The notes: generated by a model not told the origin, from the letters alone. 58,643 nt of DNA from a virus (IMGVR_UViG_3300033552_000006:1-58643), one strand, 5' to 3'. Numbered from the stretch's first letter, positions 8,041-19,176 are shown. Numbers and translations: made by a program.

Positions 8041-10212
8041 ATGGCAGTTACTATCCTTGACCACACTTACGATGCCAAAAGGTTTTCCCCTTTGGTATAT
8101 GATGAAAAAGTTCTCAAATATTCACAAACATTAAAAGCCGGCACTTTGGCTTATGATGATTTTTGGGATGAACAAGATGATCGATGTTTGTTCGGGCACA
8201 AGCCAAAGGGAATGAATGATATTACCGGAGAGCATTACTTTCATTTGAACATGAATCAGATTGAAATGCTTGTCCAGGGCGAGAACCGTAAAAGAATACA
8301 TTCGCCTTACTATCGGGAATTGGATAACCGACTTTTCAAAATTACCTATGATGCCAAGAAAAACCATTACGGGATTATTGTAGGTAAACCCAGAAGGGTA
8401 GGACTCTCGGAGTTCGGAGCCGTTCAGCTTCAGTACGAACTGCTAATGCATCTCAAAAACAGAGTTGGAATATGTGCCGGAAAGCAAGACAAAGCAGATG
8501 GTTTCTACGATAAGGTACTATCACTGCTAAAGCACGTAAGACCAGAGTATGCTTCGGCAAGGTTGTTCAAGAATGACAAATCCATGAAACTCGGTTATAC
8601 CGATATCGTAAACAAGCAGTCTATCGAATGTGGATTAGAATCTGAAATGTTGATCAGAACGATGTTTGTTGATTCTGCTGGATTTGAGGGAGCTTCGATG
8701 TCGGTAGTTATTTTTGAGGAAGCAGGTTTATTCCCAAACCTTGTTCAGTCTTACAAATCTACAGAACCTTGTTTTAAAGATGGTGCCATTCAGTTTGGAA
8801 CGCCTCTTATCTACGGAACGGGTGGACAAATCGAAAAAGGTTCCAAAGGATATTTAGATATGTGGGAGAACCACGTTGCCTACAACTTAGAAAAAGTATT
8901 TATTCCCGCCTATGAGTATTACCCTGGGGATGGAGAAATAGACGAGAAAACTAAAATCAAAGGCCCTAGTTTCTTTGATATTAAAACAGGACGTACCAAT
9001 CAGGAAGCAGCACTCAAGCATATTATTGAACAGCGTAAAAAAGCTTCCAAATCTAAAGAAGGAATCACCAAGCACATACAGTCCTACCCGATTAAAGAGT
9101 CAGAGATATTCATTAAAACTAAAGGAGGTATTCTGGACCGTATCAAACTGAACAATCAGCTGATGGTTATCGAAGAAGGGCTATGTCCTTATGATATACG
9201 TAAAGGTCGTTTAGAATGGGTGGACAACGAAGGAACTATCAAAGCATTGGGCAAATGCAAGGACACCAAAGAAAAAGTGAAAGTTCGTATCAAACGAAAT
9301 TCAACAGTTCGTTGGGTGGATGATGAAGAAGGAACTATTCAGAGATTAGCCGATCCTATCAACAATGATAGCATGGACCACAAACCCGATATTGCCGCTT
9401 GTGATAGTTATGACGAAGAAGTTGCCGATGCTTCTAAAGCTTCCGATGGAGCAACGTTGGTTTATAGAACTTATGCCGGTCCATCGAAAGATTACAATAT
9501 GCCAATTGCGGTACTTGCCGAACGTGGTGATTCCTCCACCGATGATGTGTTTTATGAAAACAATGTAAAAATGGCAGTTTACTTTAATTACGAACTTCTT
9601 GTAGAATACTCTAAAATTGCCATTATTAATTACTTCATTGATGTAGGCGCTGAACACTTACTAAAACAAAGACCGGATTTACGTAAAGAACTTGGGCCTA
9701 CTAAAGCCAAGAACGAGTACGGGCAACGTATGACCAATGACGTAAAAGTTTTAGGTACCAAACTGCTAAAAACAGAAGTCAAAGACAATTGTGATAATAT
9801 CTGGTTTAGAAATGTACTACTTGACCTTATCGACTTTGGGGATGTCAATACCGATATTGCTATGGCGTTCCTTATCGTGCTATTGTACAAATTAGAGATA
9901 TTTGAAACCATAGTCGAAGACGATGATGATTTTGATGATGGAGGAAATATATTTGATTCCATGGCTTACTACGATGTGGACTCAAGAGGAAATGTGGTTG
10001 TAAAAACTTATGGAGGAAATGAAGCGGACGAAATGGAAATGTATAACCCCGACATTCACCTTACCGAAACAGACAGAGCCGACATTCGTATCAAGAAAGA
10101 GCAGCATAAAAAGGAAATGGACGAAATTAAAAAAACCTTTGAAATCAAAAAGAAAACGTCTTTTGAAGATTTAATTCAAGAAGAAATAATGCGTAATATC
10201 AATCGTACATAA
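8041..10212 (+). CDS. terL: terminase large subunit
   Basis: Walker A-like GKPRRVGLS, Walker B VVIFEEAG, YGTGG coupling motif, RNase H-like ACDSYD and DIAMA; precedes portal. Confidence 0.92.
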   Translation: MAVTILDHTYDAKRFSPLVYDEKVLKYSQTLKAGTLAYDDFWDEQDDRCLFGHKPKGMNDITGEHYFHLNMNQIEMLVQGENRKRIHSPYYRELDNRLFKITYDAKKNHYGIIVGKPRRVGLSEFGAVQLQYELLMHLKNRVGICAGKQDKADGFYDKVLSLLKHVRPEYASARLFKNDKSMKLGYTDIVNKQSIECGLESEMLIRTMFVDSAGFEGASMSVVIFEEAGLFPNLVQSYKSTEPCFKDGAIQFGTPLIYGTGGQIEKGSKGYLDMWENHVAYNLEKVFIPAYEYYPGDGEIDEKTKIKGPSFFDIKTGRTNQEAALKHIIEQRKKASKSKEGITKHIQSYPIKESEIFIKTKGGILDRIKLNNQLMVIEEGLCPYDIRKGRLEWVDNEGTIKALGKCKDTKEKVKVRIKRNSTVRWVDDEEGTIQRLADPINNDSMDHKPDIAACDSYDEEVADASKASDGATLVYRTYAGPSKDYNMPIAVLAERGDSSTDDVFYENNVKMAVYFNYELLVEYSKIAIINYFIDVGAEHLLKQRPDLRKELGPTKAKNEYGQRMTNDVKVLGTKLLKTEVKDNCDNIWFRNVLLDLIDFGDVNTDIAMAFLIVLLYKLEIFETIVEDDDDFDDGGNIFDSMAYYDVDSRGNVVVKTYGGNEADEMEMYNPDIHLTETDRADIRIKKEQHKKEMDEIKKTFEIKKKTSFEDLIQEEIMRNINRT

Positions 10213-10250
10213 AAAAAGAATATTTTTACATAAAATAACCTACAACAGAC

Positions 10251-12491
10251 ATGAGCTACATCTTAACCAACCAGAAAATTGCAGACAAAAACAAGAATGA
10301 AGAATGGCACAAAGACCATGTAAGGTCGTTTATGGGTTTGTACTTTAAACGAACCGAATCAGAAAGAAGATCAATTCAAATGAAATGCTGGAAAGCATAT
10401 ACTTGTCACAACGATGCTCAGCATGAAAAAAATACTAAGCCAATTACTAGCCCATATGGTTTAAGTCTTGGAATGGAATGGATTGCTTATCCCCTTGTGG
10501 AGAGCAAGCTGGAACAAATGGTAGGTGAATACATGACTCGTGGGATTAAAAGAAAGACTTATGTAATCAACAAAAAGGCTCAGACCGCCAAGCTTAACGA
10601 AATGTTTGATATGCTTTCAGAGGAAATCCTCAGAGAAGTAAACAAAGAAGTTGGCGCTGAATTGGGATTTGATCCAGAGACAGCATCGCCTGATAAAGAA
10701 CTCCCGCCAAATATTGAAGAGTTTTTTGAGCAAGGATATAAAACCATATCCGAACAGGTTTCCGATACGATACTCAACCAGGTATTAATCGGAAAAAAAC
10801 AGATTGACAAAATAAAAGATTTGTACTTACAATTCCTTTTGTTTGACGAGTGCGTTGGTTATGTAGATTCAGAAGATGGACAACCTTCCATTCGCGTTTG
10901 TAATATTTTTGAAACAGAGTTTGACTTTGATCCAACAAAAGAAATTCAAGACAACCCACAATACATTGTATTTCCAAAAATATTAAGTTATAACAATATC
11001 ATTAATTCATATGACCTGAGCAAAGAAGAAGAAGCCATACTAAAAAGTTACACTACTTTAAACAGAAGTGCCGCTATGAACGATGGCGACTTGGGTGATG
11101 GAACAGGATTCGATGGTAATTATTCTGATTGGATTTCAGGAGAAAAAGAAAACCTTCAGATTCGTTGCGTAGAAATGATTTGGATATCGCAAAAGAAAAT
11201 TTCAGTTAAAGTTTCTATTAACAAAAAATCAGGTAAAAAAATCTACAAAACTGTTACTGACGACTACAAGTCTCGCAAATCAGACGACGTAGAATCTATC
11301 TGGGTTCAGCAAAAAAGAAAATGCGTGATGGTAGGTCCTGATTTGTGTTTGGAATGGGGAGTGGATAATGAAAGATATTCTCGTATCGACAATCCAAAAG
11401 AAGATTGTATCTCGGTGGTAGCTATTAGAAGAAACAACAGTATCAATGCGAATCATGTACGTTCTGCTGCTTCCAAGTTATTACAACTACAGGAATTTGC
11501 TTCAGAGTGTTTGTTTGAGCTCCGATTAGCTATGCGTAGAAACAACGGAAGAGTATTGGTTTATGATGCAGCACAAGTGCCAAAACAATTTCTTAAAACA
11601 GGTGGGTATCAATCGGCCATTAACAGAGTAATGCACCACGCCAAAAAAGACCAGTTTTTAATTATCAATTCAATGGACAAACAGGCGCGTCATGCGTTTA
11701 ATCAATTTAGTTCATTAGATTTATCTACCAAAGGATTGATGCAAGATTTATTTAACGTGCTTGGACTGATTGAGGAATTAGCCGGAAAGTTCTTGGGATT
11801 GTCTCCACAACGTGAAGGACAGATTGACCAATACGAAAGTGCTACCGGAACAGAGCGTGCGGTAACGCAATCCACTGCTAGAACAGAAGTGTATGTAAAG
11901 CCTTTTGAATCTTTTGTAAAATATCTTTTAGACAAAGTATTAATGAAAGGAAAATACTGCTACGAAGAAAACGAAGTAACTCAATATATCTTTGGAGATC
12001 TTAAAACCAAATTTTTCACCGTATATCCGGAATACTTCCAAGAAGATGTTGGAGTATATATTGCAGACAATTTTGCAGAGCAAAGAAAAAAAGGAGTGGT
12101 GGACCAGGCAGCGCAACAAGCTTTATCCAATGCTGCTACTCCTGATTTGATATTGTCACTTATTGAAACTTTAAATGCCGATACAGCCGGAGAAAGTGAA
12201 GCTATATTCAAGCGTGCAGTTAAATCCATGAATGCTTTAAAAGCACAGGAAGCACAGGCCGCCGCTGATTCTCAAAAAGCACAGTTAGAATCCGATGCTG
12301 CTAAATTAGCCGAAGAATCTAAACTTAAACGTGAAGAGTTTGCCAATAAAATTGAGATTGCTAATATCCAAGCTAATGCCACTGCTATGAACAATAGCAT
12401 GAACAATGAAGCTAAAGGAACTATGAAACTTGCTGATATAGAAAAAGATTTGATGCTGGCCGAACAAAAAAAGTCGGAAAATTCAAATTAA
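10251..12491 (+). CDS. portal protein
   Basis: 746 aa after TerL; GLSPQREGQI...E.ATGTERAV.QS motif typical of P22/crAss portals; C-terminal coiled coil. Confidence 0.88.
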   Translation: MSYILTNQKIADKNKNEEWHKDHVRSFMGLYFKRTESERRSIQMKCWKAYTCHNDAQHEKNTKPITSPYGLSLGMEWIAYPLVESKLEQMVGEYMTRGIKRKTYVINKKAQTAKLNEMFDMLSEEILREVNKEVGAELGFDPETASPDKELPPNIEEFFEQGYKTISEQVSDTILNQVLIGKKQIDKIKDLYLQFLLFDECVGYVDSEDGQPSIRVCNIFETEFDFDPTKEIQDNPQYIVFPKILSYNNIINSYDLSKEEEAILKSYTTLNRSAAMNDGDLGDGTGFDGNYSDWISGEKENLQIRCVEMIWISQKKISVKVSINKKSGKKIYKTVTDDYKSRKSDDVESIWVQQKRKCVMVGPDLCLEWGVDNERYSRIDNPKEDCISVVAIRRNNSINANHVRSAASKLLQLQEFASECLFELRLAMRRNNGRVLVYDAAQVPKQFLKTGGYQSAINRVMHHAKKDQFLIINSMDKQARHAFNQFSSLDLSTKGLMQDLFNVLGLIEELAGKFLGLSPQREGQIDQYESATGTERAVTQSTARTEVYVKPFESFVKYLLDKVLMKGKYCYEENEVTQYIFGDLKTKFFTVYPEYFQEDVGVYIADNFAEQRKKGVVDQAAQQALSNAATPDLILSLIETLNADTAGESEAIFKRAVKSMNALKAQEAQAAADSQKAQLESDAAKLAEESKLKREEFANKIEIANIQANATAMNNSMNNEAKGTMKLADIEKDLMLAEQKKSENSN

Positions 12492-12495
12492 TTTC

Positions 12496-12509
12496 TACAT
12501 TTGTTAAAA
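12496..12509 (+). promoter_or_regulatory. putative -7 promoter element TACATTTG(TTAAAA)
   Basis: TAnnTTTG consensus in the intergenic gap; same extended motif recurs at 29389. Confidence 0.55.
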
Positions 12510-12535
12510 GAAACATAATTTAAAAGGAAAACCCC

Positions 12536-13531
12536 ATGGCAACAGAAAACGAATTAGACACAGAAGCAAATTTATTTGACACTATTGATGACAATCATAA
12601 CTACGAAGAAGAAGATGATGATTCAGATTTAGGATTTGATGAAGATTCTTTTTCTTTAGAAAATTTCTCTGAAGAAGAAGATGATGAAGATCAGGAAGAA
12701 GAAGAAAAAAATCTATTCGATGAAGACCAAGATGATGAAGATGAAGATAACGAAGATTTTTCGGATACTGAATTGGAAGCTTTCAATAAAAAGCTAGGAA
12801 CAGACTTTAAATCGGTAGAAGATTTAAAAGCCAGTTTTCAGGCCAAAGACACTGAGTCAGAGCAAAGCAAAGAAGATGCGGAATACGAAGTAATGACCAA
12901 CAAAGTTTCCTTGTATGACCGTTACATCGGAATGGACAATGAGAACTTAATCCGCAATCAATTGCTTTCACAAGCTACCGCTGCCAAAAAAGATATCAAT
13001 GATCCTGATGTGATCGCGGAGATTGAAGAAAAAATAGAAGGGCTTAATGACTTGGAGCAATTGGACACAATGGCCGAAACTTTGAGAAGCAATTTGCAGT
13101 CTCAAAAAGACAAAACTCAGAGTTCTATTGATTCTATTGACAACAAAAGAACAGAAGTAAGCAATGCTTCTGCCAGAAAAAACGTAGATGATTTGCAAAA
13201 TGCCTTGAGTGGTATTTTTGATCAAAAAGAATTCATGGGAATTACCGTAACCAAAGAAGATATCACTCAGGTATATGAGGATATCCGTTCTAATAAATTT
13301 TTCGAAAGCATTAACAATAACCAGGAAATGATTGCAAAGGTGGCAATGTTTATTAAGCACGAAGCTCAAATTTCAAAGCTAGTAAATTCGCCAACTCACA
13401 GCGATAAAACAAAATCTGCATTTGATTTCTTTGCCAAAAGTGGCCAAGGAAAGCAGAGAAGTATCGCAACAGCCAAAGGCTCTGCATCATCAGGTAGTGC
13501 TAACGATAATACAATGAACTTCCTTAAATAA
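12536..13531 (+). CDS. acidic scaffold-like protein
   Basis: Very Asp/Glu-rich N-terminus and helical body, between portal and MCP. Confidence 0.7.
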   Translation: MATENELDTEANLFDTIDDNHNYEEEDDDSDLGFDEDSFSLENFSEEEDDEDQEEEEKNLFDEDQDDEDEDNEDFSDTELEAFNKKLGTDFKSVEDLKASFQAKDTESEQSKEDAEYEVMTNKVSLYDRYIGMDNENLIRNQLLSQATAAKKDINDPDVIAEIEEKIEGLNDLEQLDTMAETLRSNLQSQKDKTQSSIDSIDNKRTEVSNASARKNVDDLQNALSGIFDQKEFMGITVTKEDITQVYEDIRSNKFFESINNNQEMIAKVAMFIKHEAQISKLVNSPTHSDKTKSAFDFFAKSGQGKQRSIATAKGSASSGSANDNTMNFLK

Positions 13532-13648
13532 GTCAAAGACTCAATTTGGTGAAGTATTTTTTACAAAGAAGGTTTTAGTCAATGATAGAAACCAACGATG
13601 TTTTGAGCAAAATAATCCTATTTAAAAATCTTAAAACAAGAAAAGCTT

Positions 13649-15331
13649 ATGTCTATTCTAATGAGAGGGACGAGAGAAAATTTCAACCCACAAATCCACA
13701 CCGAAGCCAATTCATTGACTTCTCAAATGCAGAAACACTTTGAAGTAAGAAGAAAGTCTATGGACTTATTTTCTCGATTTACAAAGTTCACTTCATTTAT
13801 GTTTGCTACCGGCCGCTACAACGGAGGTTCAAACTCAGGTAAAGTATTGTCCGCAAAAGACACATTGATGGACAATGCGTATCGTATTGCTTATGAAGGA
13901 GCTTTATTGCTTCCTGCATATTCAATGGGAGCAGCACAAATCGGTTCTTGGTTCGACGCTGGAAACAGCCAACCGGACATGGGAGCAGTAGTAGGAGTTA
14001 CCTACACAAACGGAATTACTGTTGGTACAGTAGTAACGGATGTTGCCGGAAGTATTGCCATTGAGCATGATCCAGCAAATGAAATCTACGGAGACAAATT
14101 CAATCCAAATGACTCGATTGTTTTAGGACAAGGTTTAGGGATTTTATTTATTATCCAACAGCACCCAAGACGTGCCGTTGATGGAAGCCACTACATTCTT
14201 GATGGTAAATTCGTAGGTACTGCAAGTACATTCAAGGCTGAATACCTTGCTGCGGGTGAAGTTATGACAGAAGGTGGTAACTACTTCGGGGAAGGTTCTC
14301 TTAGAGGATGGCAACGTTACAACCGTTCTAAATGGAGAATTAACTATTCTTCTATTCATAGAGCGTCTATGACAATGACTGGTTCTGCTAAGAAACAAAA
14401 AATCGCTTGGATTGTGAATCCTGAAACAAATGGAAAAATGTGGGAGTATGATGAAGTCCTTAAAAACGACAAAATCTTTCACATGCAAAATGAGCTTGCT
14501 TTAAGATACTCTCGTATCTCTATGGATGCTACAAACCACTCTTGGTTTGAAAACTACGGCCGCAACAAGTTAACTCTTTCTGGCTTTAAAGCGGAATCAG
14601 GACTGACAGCTCCGATGTTAGGAGATGGATGGATTCCACAAATTCAAGAAAATTTAACCATTGACTACGATCCAAATGCGGGATTGAGCCACTTGCTTTT
14701 AGAATCATTGATGATGATTTTAGGACAACGTTCTCCGGTAGGTTCTTCAGGGAACACTTTCGTAGGTGTTGGTGATGTGATTGGTTTAAGTGTAATTGAT
14801 GCTGCTTTCAAGAAATTGATTGGGTACGGTAACATGATTGCTAATTCTGCTTCTGGCGTTATGAACGAAAACATTGTAAACATCAAAACTGGTGAAGACA
14901 ATAAAATCGGTTTCAAAATCACAAACTACTACTACCTTGATAACAACTTCGTGTTTATTCAAGATGATTTGTTCAACAACCCAGCGTTGTTCAACACAAG
15001 CGGTGGTGTTACAGGAACAGGACATATCTATGTGTTAAATGCTTCTACTGTTGATGGTGTATCTAACTTTGAGTTACTTGCACGTTCTGGTAGAGAATTG
15101 AAACGTAAGTATGAGAACGGAATGCATTCATTTAATGAAGCAAGCGAAGGTGACGTAGCTTCTTCAGGATTTGATGGTTGTTCAGTTCACTCATTGAGTG
15201 AGTTATTGCCGATTTTATATGACGTAAGATCTTGCGCCATTATCAAGGCAACAACTAAATATAACGGTGGTGCTTTATCAGCCTTACCGGTAGCGAATGG
15301 AACGCATCAAGCGACGAAATTCATGTATTAG
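13649..15331 (+). CDS. major capsid protein (crAss-type)
   Basis: Position after portal/scaffold, size, preference for C-ending codons (TTC/AAC/TAC), followed by a strong terminator. Confidence 0.85.
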   Translation: MSILMRGTRENFNPQIHTEANSLTSQMQKHFEVRRKSMDLFSRFTKFTSFMFATGRYNGGSNSGKVLSAKDTLMDNAYRIAYEGALLLPAYSMGAAQIGSWFDAGNSQPDMGAVVGVTYTNGITVGTVVTDVAGSIAIEHDPANEIYGDKFNPNDSIVLGQGLGILFIIQQHPRRAVDGSHYILDGKFVGTASTFKAEYLAAGEVMTEGGNYFGEGSLRGWQRYNRSKWRINYSSIHRASMTMTGSAKKQKIAWIVNPETNGKMWEYDEVLKNDKIFHMQNELALRYSRISMDATNHSWFENYGRNKLTLSGFKAESGLTAPMLGDGWIPQIQENLTIDYDPNAGLSHLLLESLMMILGQRSPVGSSGNTFVGVGDVIGLSVIDAAFKKLIGYGNMIANSASGVMNENIVNIKTGEDNKIGFKITNYYYLDNNFVFIQDDLFNNPALFNTSGGVTGTGHIYVLNASTVDGVSNFELLARSGRELKRKYENGMHSFNEASEGDVASSGFDGCSVHSLSELLPILYDVRSCAIIKATTKYNGGALSALPVANGTHQATKFMY

Positions 15332-15339
15332 TATTAACC

Positions 15340-15372
15340 AAAAACTCCGGGATTCAATTCTCGGAGTTTTTA
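15340..15372 (+). terminator. intrinsic terminator after MCP
   Basis: AAAAACTCCGGGA...TCTCGGAGTTTTT. Confidence 0.8.
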
Positions 15373-15389
15373 TTATTTAAATAAAAAAA

Positions 15390-16271
15390 ATGGAAACAAC
15401 AGAAAAAGGAACAACAGAAGACAGAAGGGCAGAGTATTTAAAATCAATAGTTTTGGATCCCAAAAGAATGGAAGGTGTATGGGAACTTAAAATTGAGATC
15501 ACCAACACTCAAGGCACTAAAGCCTTTGGAGGAAGATTATTAAGCACATACAATCATCCCTTAACCGGAATGAGAACGGCATTAGTAAATTTAAACTTCC
15601 AAGAAGAATTAGGGCTTATGATTGACAGACCTACCATGCGTTTTCATCCAGACCAAAATCCTATGGACAGAAGAATTGTGGATTGGTTAATCTCTCACCC
15701 AGAAGTAGGCGTAGAAGGAGTAACGCTTAAAGATGGAGTACTAAATAAAAAAGCTTCAAATCCTTCTATCACAGTAAAAAATGTGGACAGACAGGAAATG
15801 AGCAATATTGACAATGAAGATACTATTGATGTTGTCATTGGTAAGTTGTCAGATGATAATGCAAAAACAGGAATCTCTTTGGAACGATTGAGATATTTGT
15901 TAGCTCATTTCAATCTGCCTTACTTTGATATCAGATATATCAAAAATAAAACCACTGAAAAAAAGTATTTGAGACAAAAAATCAAAACTTTTGCCAGAGG
16001 TATCAACGGGGATGGAAGCCTTAACGCCACTAAAGTAGATAAAGTTCTTAGCGAACTAGATGATTTAAAATACACTTATGAGCTAAAAGAAATGCTACGT
16101 TTCAGCATTATCAAAGAAGCTTATGGTGTTTATAAATTCAACAACGTTCCGTTGGGAAGTAATGCTGATAGTGTTATCTTGTGGATGAAAAACAACTTGG
16201 AGATCTATACCGAAATGGTAGGAGAACTTTATCCTAGATTAAAATCAGAAGGATTCACTTTTAAAACATAA
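15390..16271 (+). CDS. conserved capsid-module protein
   Basis: Syntenic with the gene following MCP in crAss-like phages. Confidence 0.6.
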   Translation: METTEKGTTEDRRAEYLKSIVLDPKRMEGVWELKIEITNTQGTKAFGGRLLSTYNHPLTGMRTALVNLNFQEELGLMIDRPTMRFHPDQNPMDRRIVDWLISHPEVGVEGVTLKDGVLNKKASNPSITVKNVDRQEMSNIDNEDTIDVVIGKLSDDNAKTGISLERLRYLLAHFNLPYFDIRYIKNKTTEKKYLRQKIKTFARGINGDGSLNATKVDKVLSELDDLKYTYELKEMLRFSIIKEAYGVYKFNNVPLGSNADSVILWMKNNLEIYTEMVGELYPRLKSEGFTFKT

Positions 16272-16282
16272 AATAACCACTT

Positions 16283-16930
16283 ATGGCATATACCGTACAG
16301 GAAGCCTATAACAGAGTACTTGAGGAAGCAGATAAGTTAGGTTCAGACTACTTTACGCTTCCTCAAGTTTTAAAAGCTTTCAAGAAAGAAACACTGGACT
16401 TCGTTGGAGCAAGAGCCAAAGAAGCAGAACTGAATCAGGAAGTAACAGACGACATCAGACCTTTATTGGTTCCGGTGTCTATTCCATTTATAAACAATCC
16501 TGATGATAATTTGCAGAAAATGGCAACGCTTCCCAACAACTACCATACTAAGCTATCGGTAAACGTAATGTACACTGATGGACTTAAAGCACGCAAGCCT
16601 TTGGTAGAACGTCATGGGGAAAGCAATACTAACGAGATATCACCATTCAAGAAAGCAGACCGTATGTACCCAAGAATACAGCAGTTTGCCAACTACTTCA
16701 ATGTGATTACAGGACTGAGTTCTAGTTCTACTATACAGCCTTCCAAATTACTTTTGGTGTATATCAAACAGCCTACTTTTGGGAGAGTTTCTACCGATGC
16801 AGTTGTAGAATTAAGTGATGCCGTATGTGAGTTGTTGTTTGCCATGACCGCTAATGCGTTGCGATTAAATGTAGGGGAGCAACAAGCTCAAACTAACTTT
16901 CAAGTAAACCAAACTTACAGACAGAAATAA
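16283..16930 (+). CDS. tail ring/neck protein
   Basis: TLPNNY, YIKQP, VELSD.V.E pattern typical of P22 gp4-like ring proteins; synteny. Confidence 0.6.
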   Translation: MAYTVQEAYNRVLEEADKLGSDYFTLPQVLKAFKKETLDFVGARAKEAELNQEVTDDIRPLLVPVSIPFINNPDDNLQKMATLPNNYHTKLSVNVMYTDGLKARKPLVERHGESNTNEISPFKKADRMYPRIQQFANYFNVITGLSSSSTIQPSKLLLVYIKQPTFGRVSTDAVVELSDAVCELLFAMTANALRLNVGEQQAQTNFQVNQTYRQK

Positions 16931-17640
16931 TGGAAACAGAAGAACAAGTAGTGTACTCCATTATGGAGACTGTTAAAAAAGGTACTTTCTCAGATGATGC
17001 TAAGATTGATGAAAGAATAGTTCGCGCGTTTCTTAGAACTTACAGGGCTGTAGCTTTAAGTAAATATTCTATGGAAGGACTTACCATCGGAGACGAATGC
17101 TTCCAGCACTTAGGAGAATTGGAATTCAGTTATGCCAAACCTAAACAATTTGATAGAGCTTTGCCTAAAATAATTCGCCTTAGAAACAATTTTGGATTGT
17201 TCTTTGAAAAAAATGGAGAGAACATTCCAGTTTTGAACTCAGAGGAGTTCACTCTTGGACTTAAAAACCTTATCAATGGCAAATTACCTAAAGCAAAATT
17301 TCTTTCCTCTAAAGCTACCGTATTCATCGGAAAGAAAAATGATACGCATTGTGGTCCTAAACCAACTTTCAATTTGGTGTTAAATGATTTTCAGGACGAA
17401 CTGATCCTTACTGCCGGACTTAAAATAAGTTTGGATGTCTATGCGGTTTTGGATAATCCAGACAACGCACCTGGTTACGATTGGACAGTAGATACCTATC
17501 CTTGCCCATCGGAATTGATAGCAGAAATCAAAGAAAAAATATTAGCCAAAGAGTTTAATCTTATTTTGCAAATTAAGACTGATAAAACCACTGATGGAAA
17601 CGACGAAGAAAGTATTGCCAGACAAAAACAAGAAAGTTAA
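16930..17640 (+). CDS. tail ring protein
   Basis: IDER, LP-x-II, YPCP..LI..IK, D-x2-DG pattern; synteny. Confidence 0.55.
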   Translation: METEEQVVYSIMETVKKGTFSDDAKIDERIVRAFLRTYRAVALSKYSMEGLTIGDECFQHLGELEFSYAKPKQFDRALPKIIRLRNNFGLFFEKNGENIPVLNSEEFTLGLKNLINGKLPKAKFLSSKATVFIGKKNDTHCGPKPTFNLVLNDFQDELILTAGLKISLDVYAVLDNPDNAPGYDWTVDTYPCPSELIAEIKEKILAKEFNLILQIKTDKTTDGNDEESIARQKQES

Positions 17641-18121
17641 ATCAAATTCAAAGTTCAAGGAAGTGTATGGATTAAATTACTTCCTTGAGCAATTTGATAA
17701 AAAATATCCTCCTACGATGATGGGAGAAAAAAAAGGAATAAGACCTAAAAAAATAAATAGATCTCTTTATAAAAAAATACTCATGGAATACCTTGATATT
17801 TATTTTAAAGAGATCTATTTTATTAATGGCCCTTCGTATTTTCTTTATACCGGAATGCTTGAAAAAGTAAAGTATCGTCCAAGAATTATTGTTAACAAAG
17901 GAGTTAAAAAAATCATAAACCCAAGCATCGGATTTATGTGGTATCAACGTCCTTCAGAGTTGTTTTTCATTTGTTGTAAACTAGTAAAACTAACAGGTAA
18001 AACCAATAAACTTCCTGAAATTGAAATATTATATAAAAACAATTTTGATATGAATTTAATTGTTAATTTTGAAGATGCCATCGAAGAACAAAAAAACAAC
18101 AATAACAACTACCTACTATGA
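17594..18121 (+). CDS. basic protein, candidate crAss IHF/HU-like protein
   Basis: Lys-rich, YKKIL helix then beta arm; sits before the tail tubular gene as in crAss-like phages. Confidence 0.45.
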   Translation: METTKKVLPDKNKKVKSNSKFKEVYGLNYFLEQFDKKYPPTMMGEKKGIRPKKINRSLYKKILMEYLDIYFKEIYFINGPSYFLYTGMLEKVKYRPRIIVNKGVKKIINPSIGFMWYQRPSELFFICCKLVKLTGKTNKLPEIEILYKNNFDMNLIVNFEDAIEEQKNNNNNYLL

Positions 18122-19173
18122 TATCAGGAATCGTACCTTTTGAGGAAATTGTCCAGTCTGTCAAAGACGAGACAGGTATTGAAAACATGAGGCCCTTATA
18201 TGAAAAAATAAGAAGATTTATTTTTCGTGCCGAAAGAGAAATTGGGTACGGTGGAACAGTGGATATTAAAAAAGTCACTTACAAAAGAGCTTCCGGTTAC
18301 AACGGGAAATATTTTAAGTTTCCAGAAGATTTTATAGAATACGAGGGAATAGGAATTAAAGGTAATGCTTTGCACCCTTCTTACTATACCAAAACATCAG
18401 AAGGAATTCGATTTAATTCTTTACAAAATGAAAATATAGTTTTGTTGTATTGGGGAATTAAAGTGGACAACGAAGGAAATCCTATTGTTACAAGAAACCA
18501 CGAAAAAGCAGTTGTTGCTTATATCCTTTGGAAAATGTACTCTTCTCGAATATTTTTAGGAATTGGTAATTTTAATTACTTTAAAGAGTACGAAGATTTC
18601 TTTACTGTTGAATGTTTAGCAGCAAGAGGAGACGATGCTATGCCTACAACGGAAGAATGGAATGACTTGGGCGCTTTGTCTTATACAGACCGCAGAATCC
18701 TTATTAAAGAACGTACTCATTCTTACAGTTATGCAGAAGAACATGAAGAAGAAGCTTGCGAATTTATCAATGGACAGTACCAAGGCGAAGGCAGTGGTTT
18801 TGGCAATGGTAGTGGTTCAGGTAGCGGAAGCGTTTCTACTGCAAAAAAAATATACTTCTGGCAATTAATCAATATATCCGATAAAATTGACAGCGTAATT
18901 AATGCGCTTTCAAACACTTATTTCCAAGACAAAGAATCAAAACTTTTATCTGAATTTGAACAGGGCTTAACAGTTGATTACTCTAAAATTGGAAGCATCT
19001 GTTTTGCCGTAGCCAACACCGAAGAAAAAGCGTATCTTATTTTTGATATCTTGGGTAACAATATTACAAATTCGTTTGATATTTATTACGATTCAACACT
19101 TAAGGTTTATGTTTTTGTTTCTAAAAATTTCCAATCTTACTCGAGTATATTTTTCAAATTTAAAACCCCATAA
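18118..19173 (+). CDS. tail tubular/ring protein with an appended C-terminal domain
   Basis: FPEDF, LLYWGIKVDNEGNPIV, AVVAYI motifs; Gly/Ser linker then about 110 extra aa. Confidence 0.6.
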   Translation: MISGIVPFEEIVQSVKDETGIENMRPLYEKIRRFIFRAEREIGYGGTVDIKKVTYKRASGYNGKYFKFPEDFIEYEGIGIKGNALHPSYYTKTSEGIRFNSLQNENIVLLYWGIKVDNEGNPIVTRNHEKAVVAYILWKMYSSRIFLGIGNFNYFKEYEDFFTVECLAARGDDAMPTTEEWNDLGALSYTDRRILIKERTHSYSYAEEHEEEACEFINGQYQGEGSGFGNGSGSGSGSVSTAKKIYFWQLINISDKIDSVINALSNTYFQDKESKLLSEFEQGLTVDYSKIGSICFAVANTEEKAYLIFDILGNNITNSFDIYYDSTLKVYVFVSKNFQSYSSIFFKFKTP

Positions 19174-19176
19174 CTA

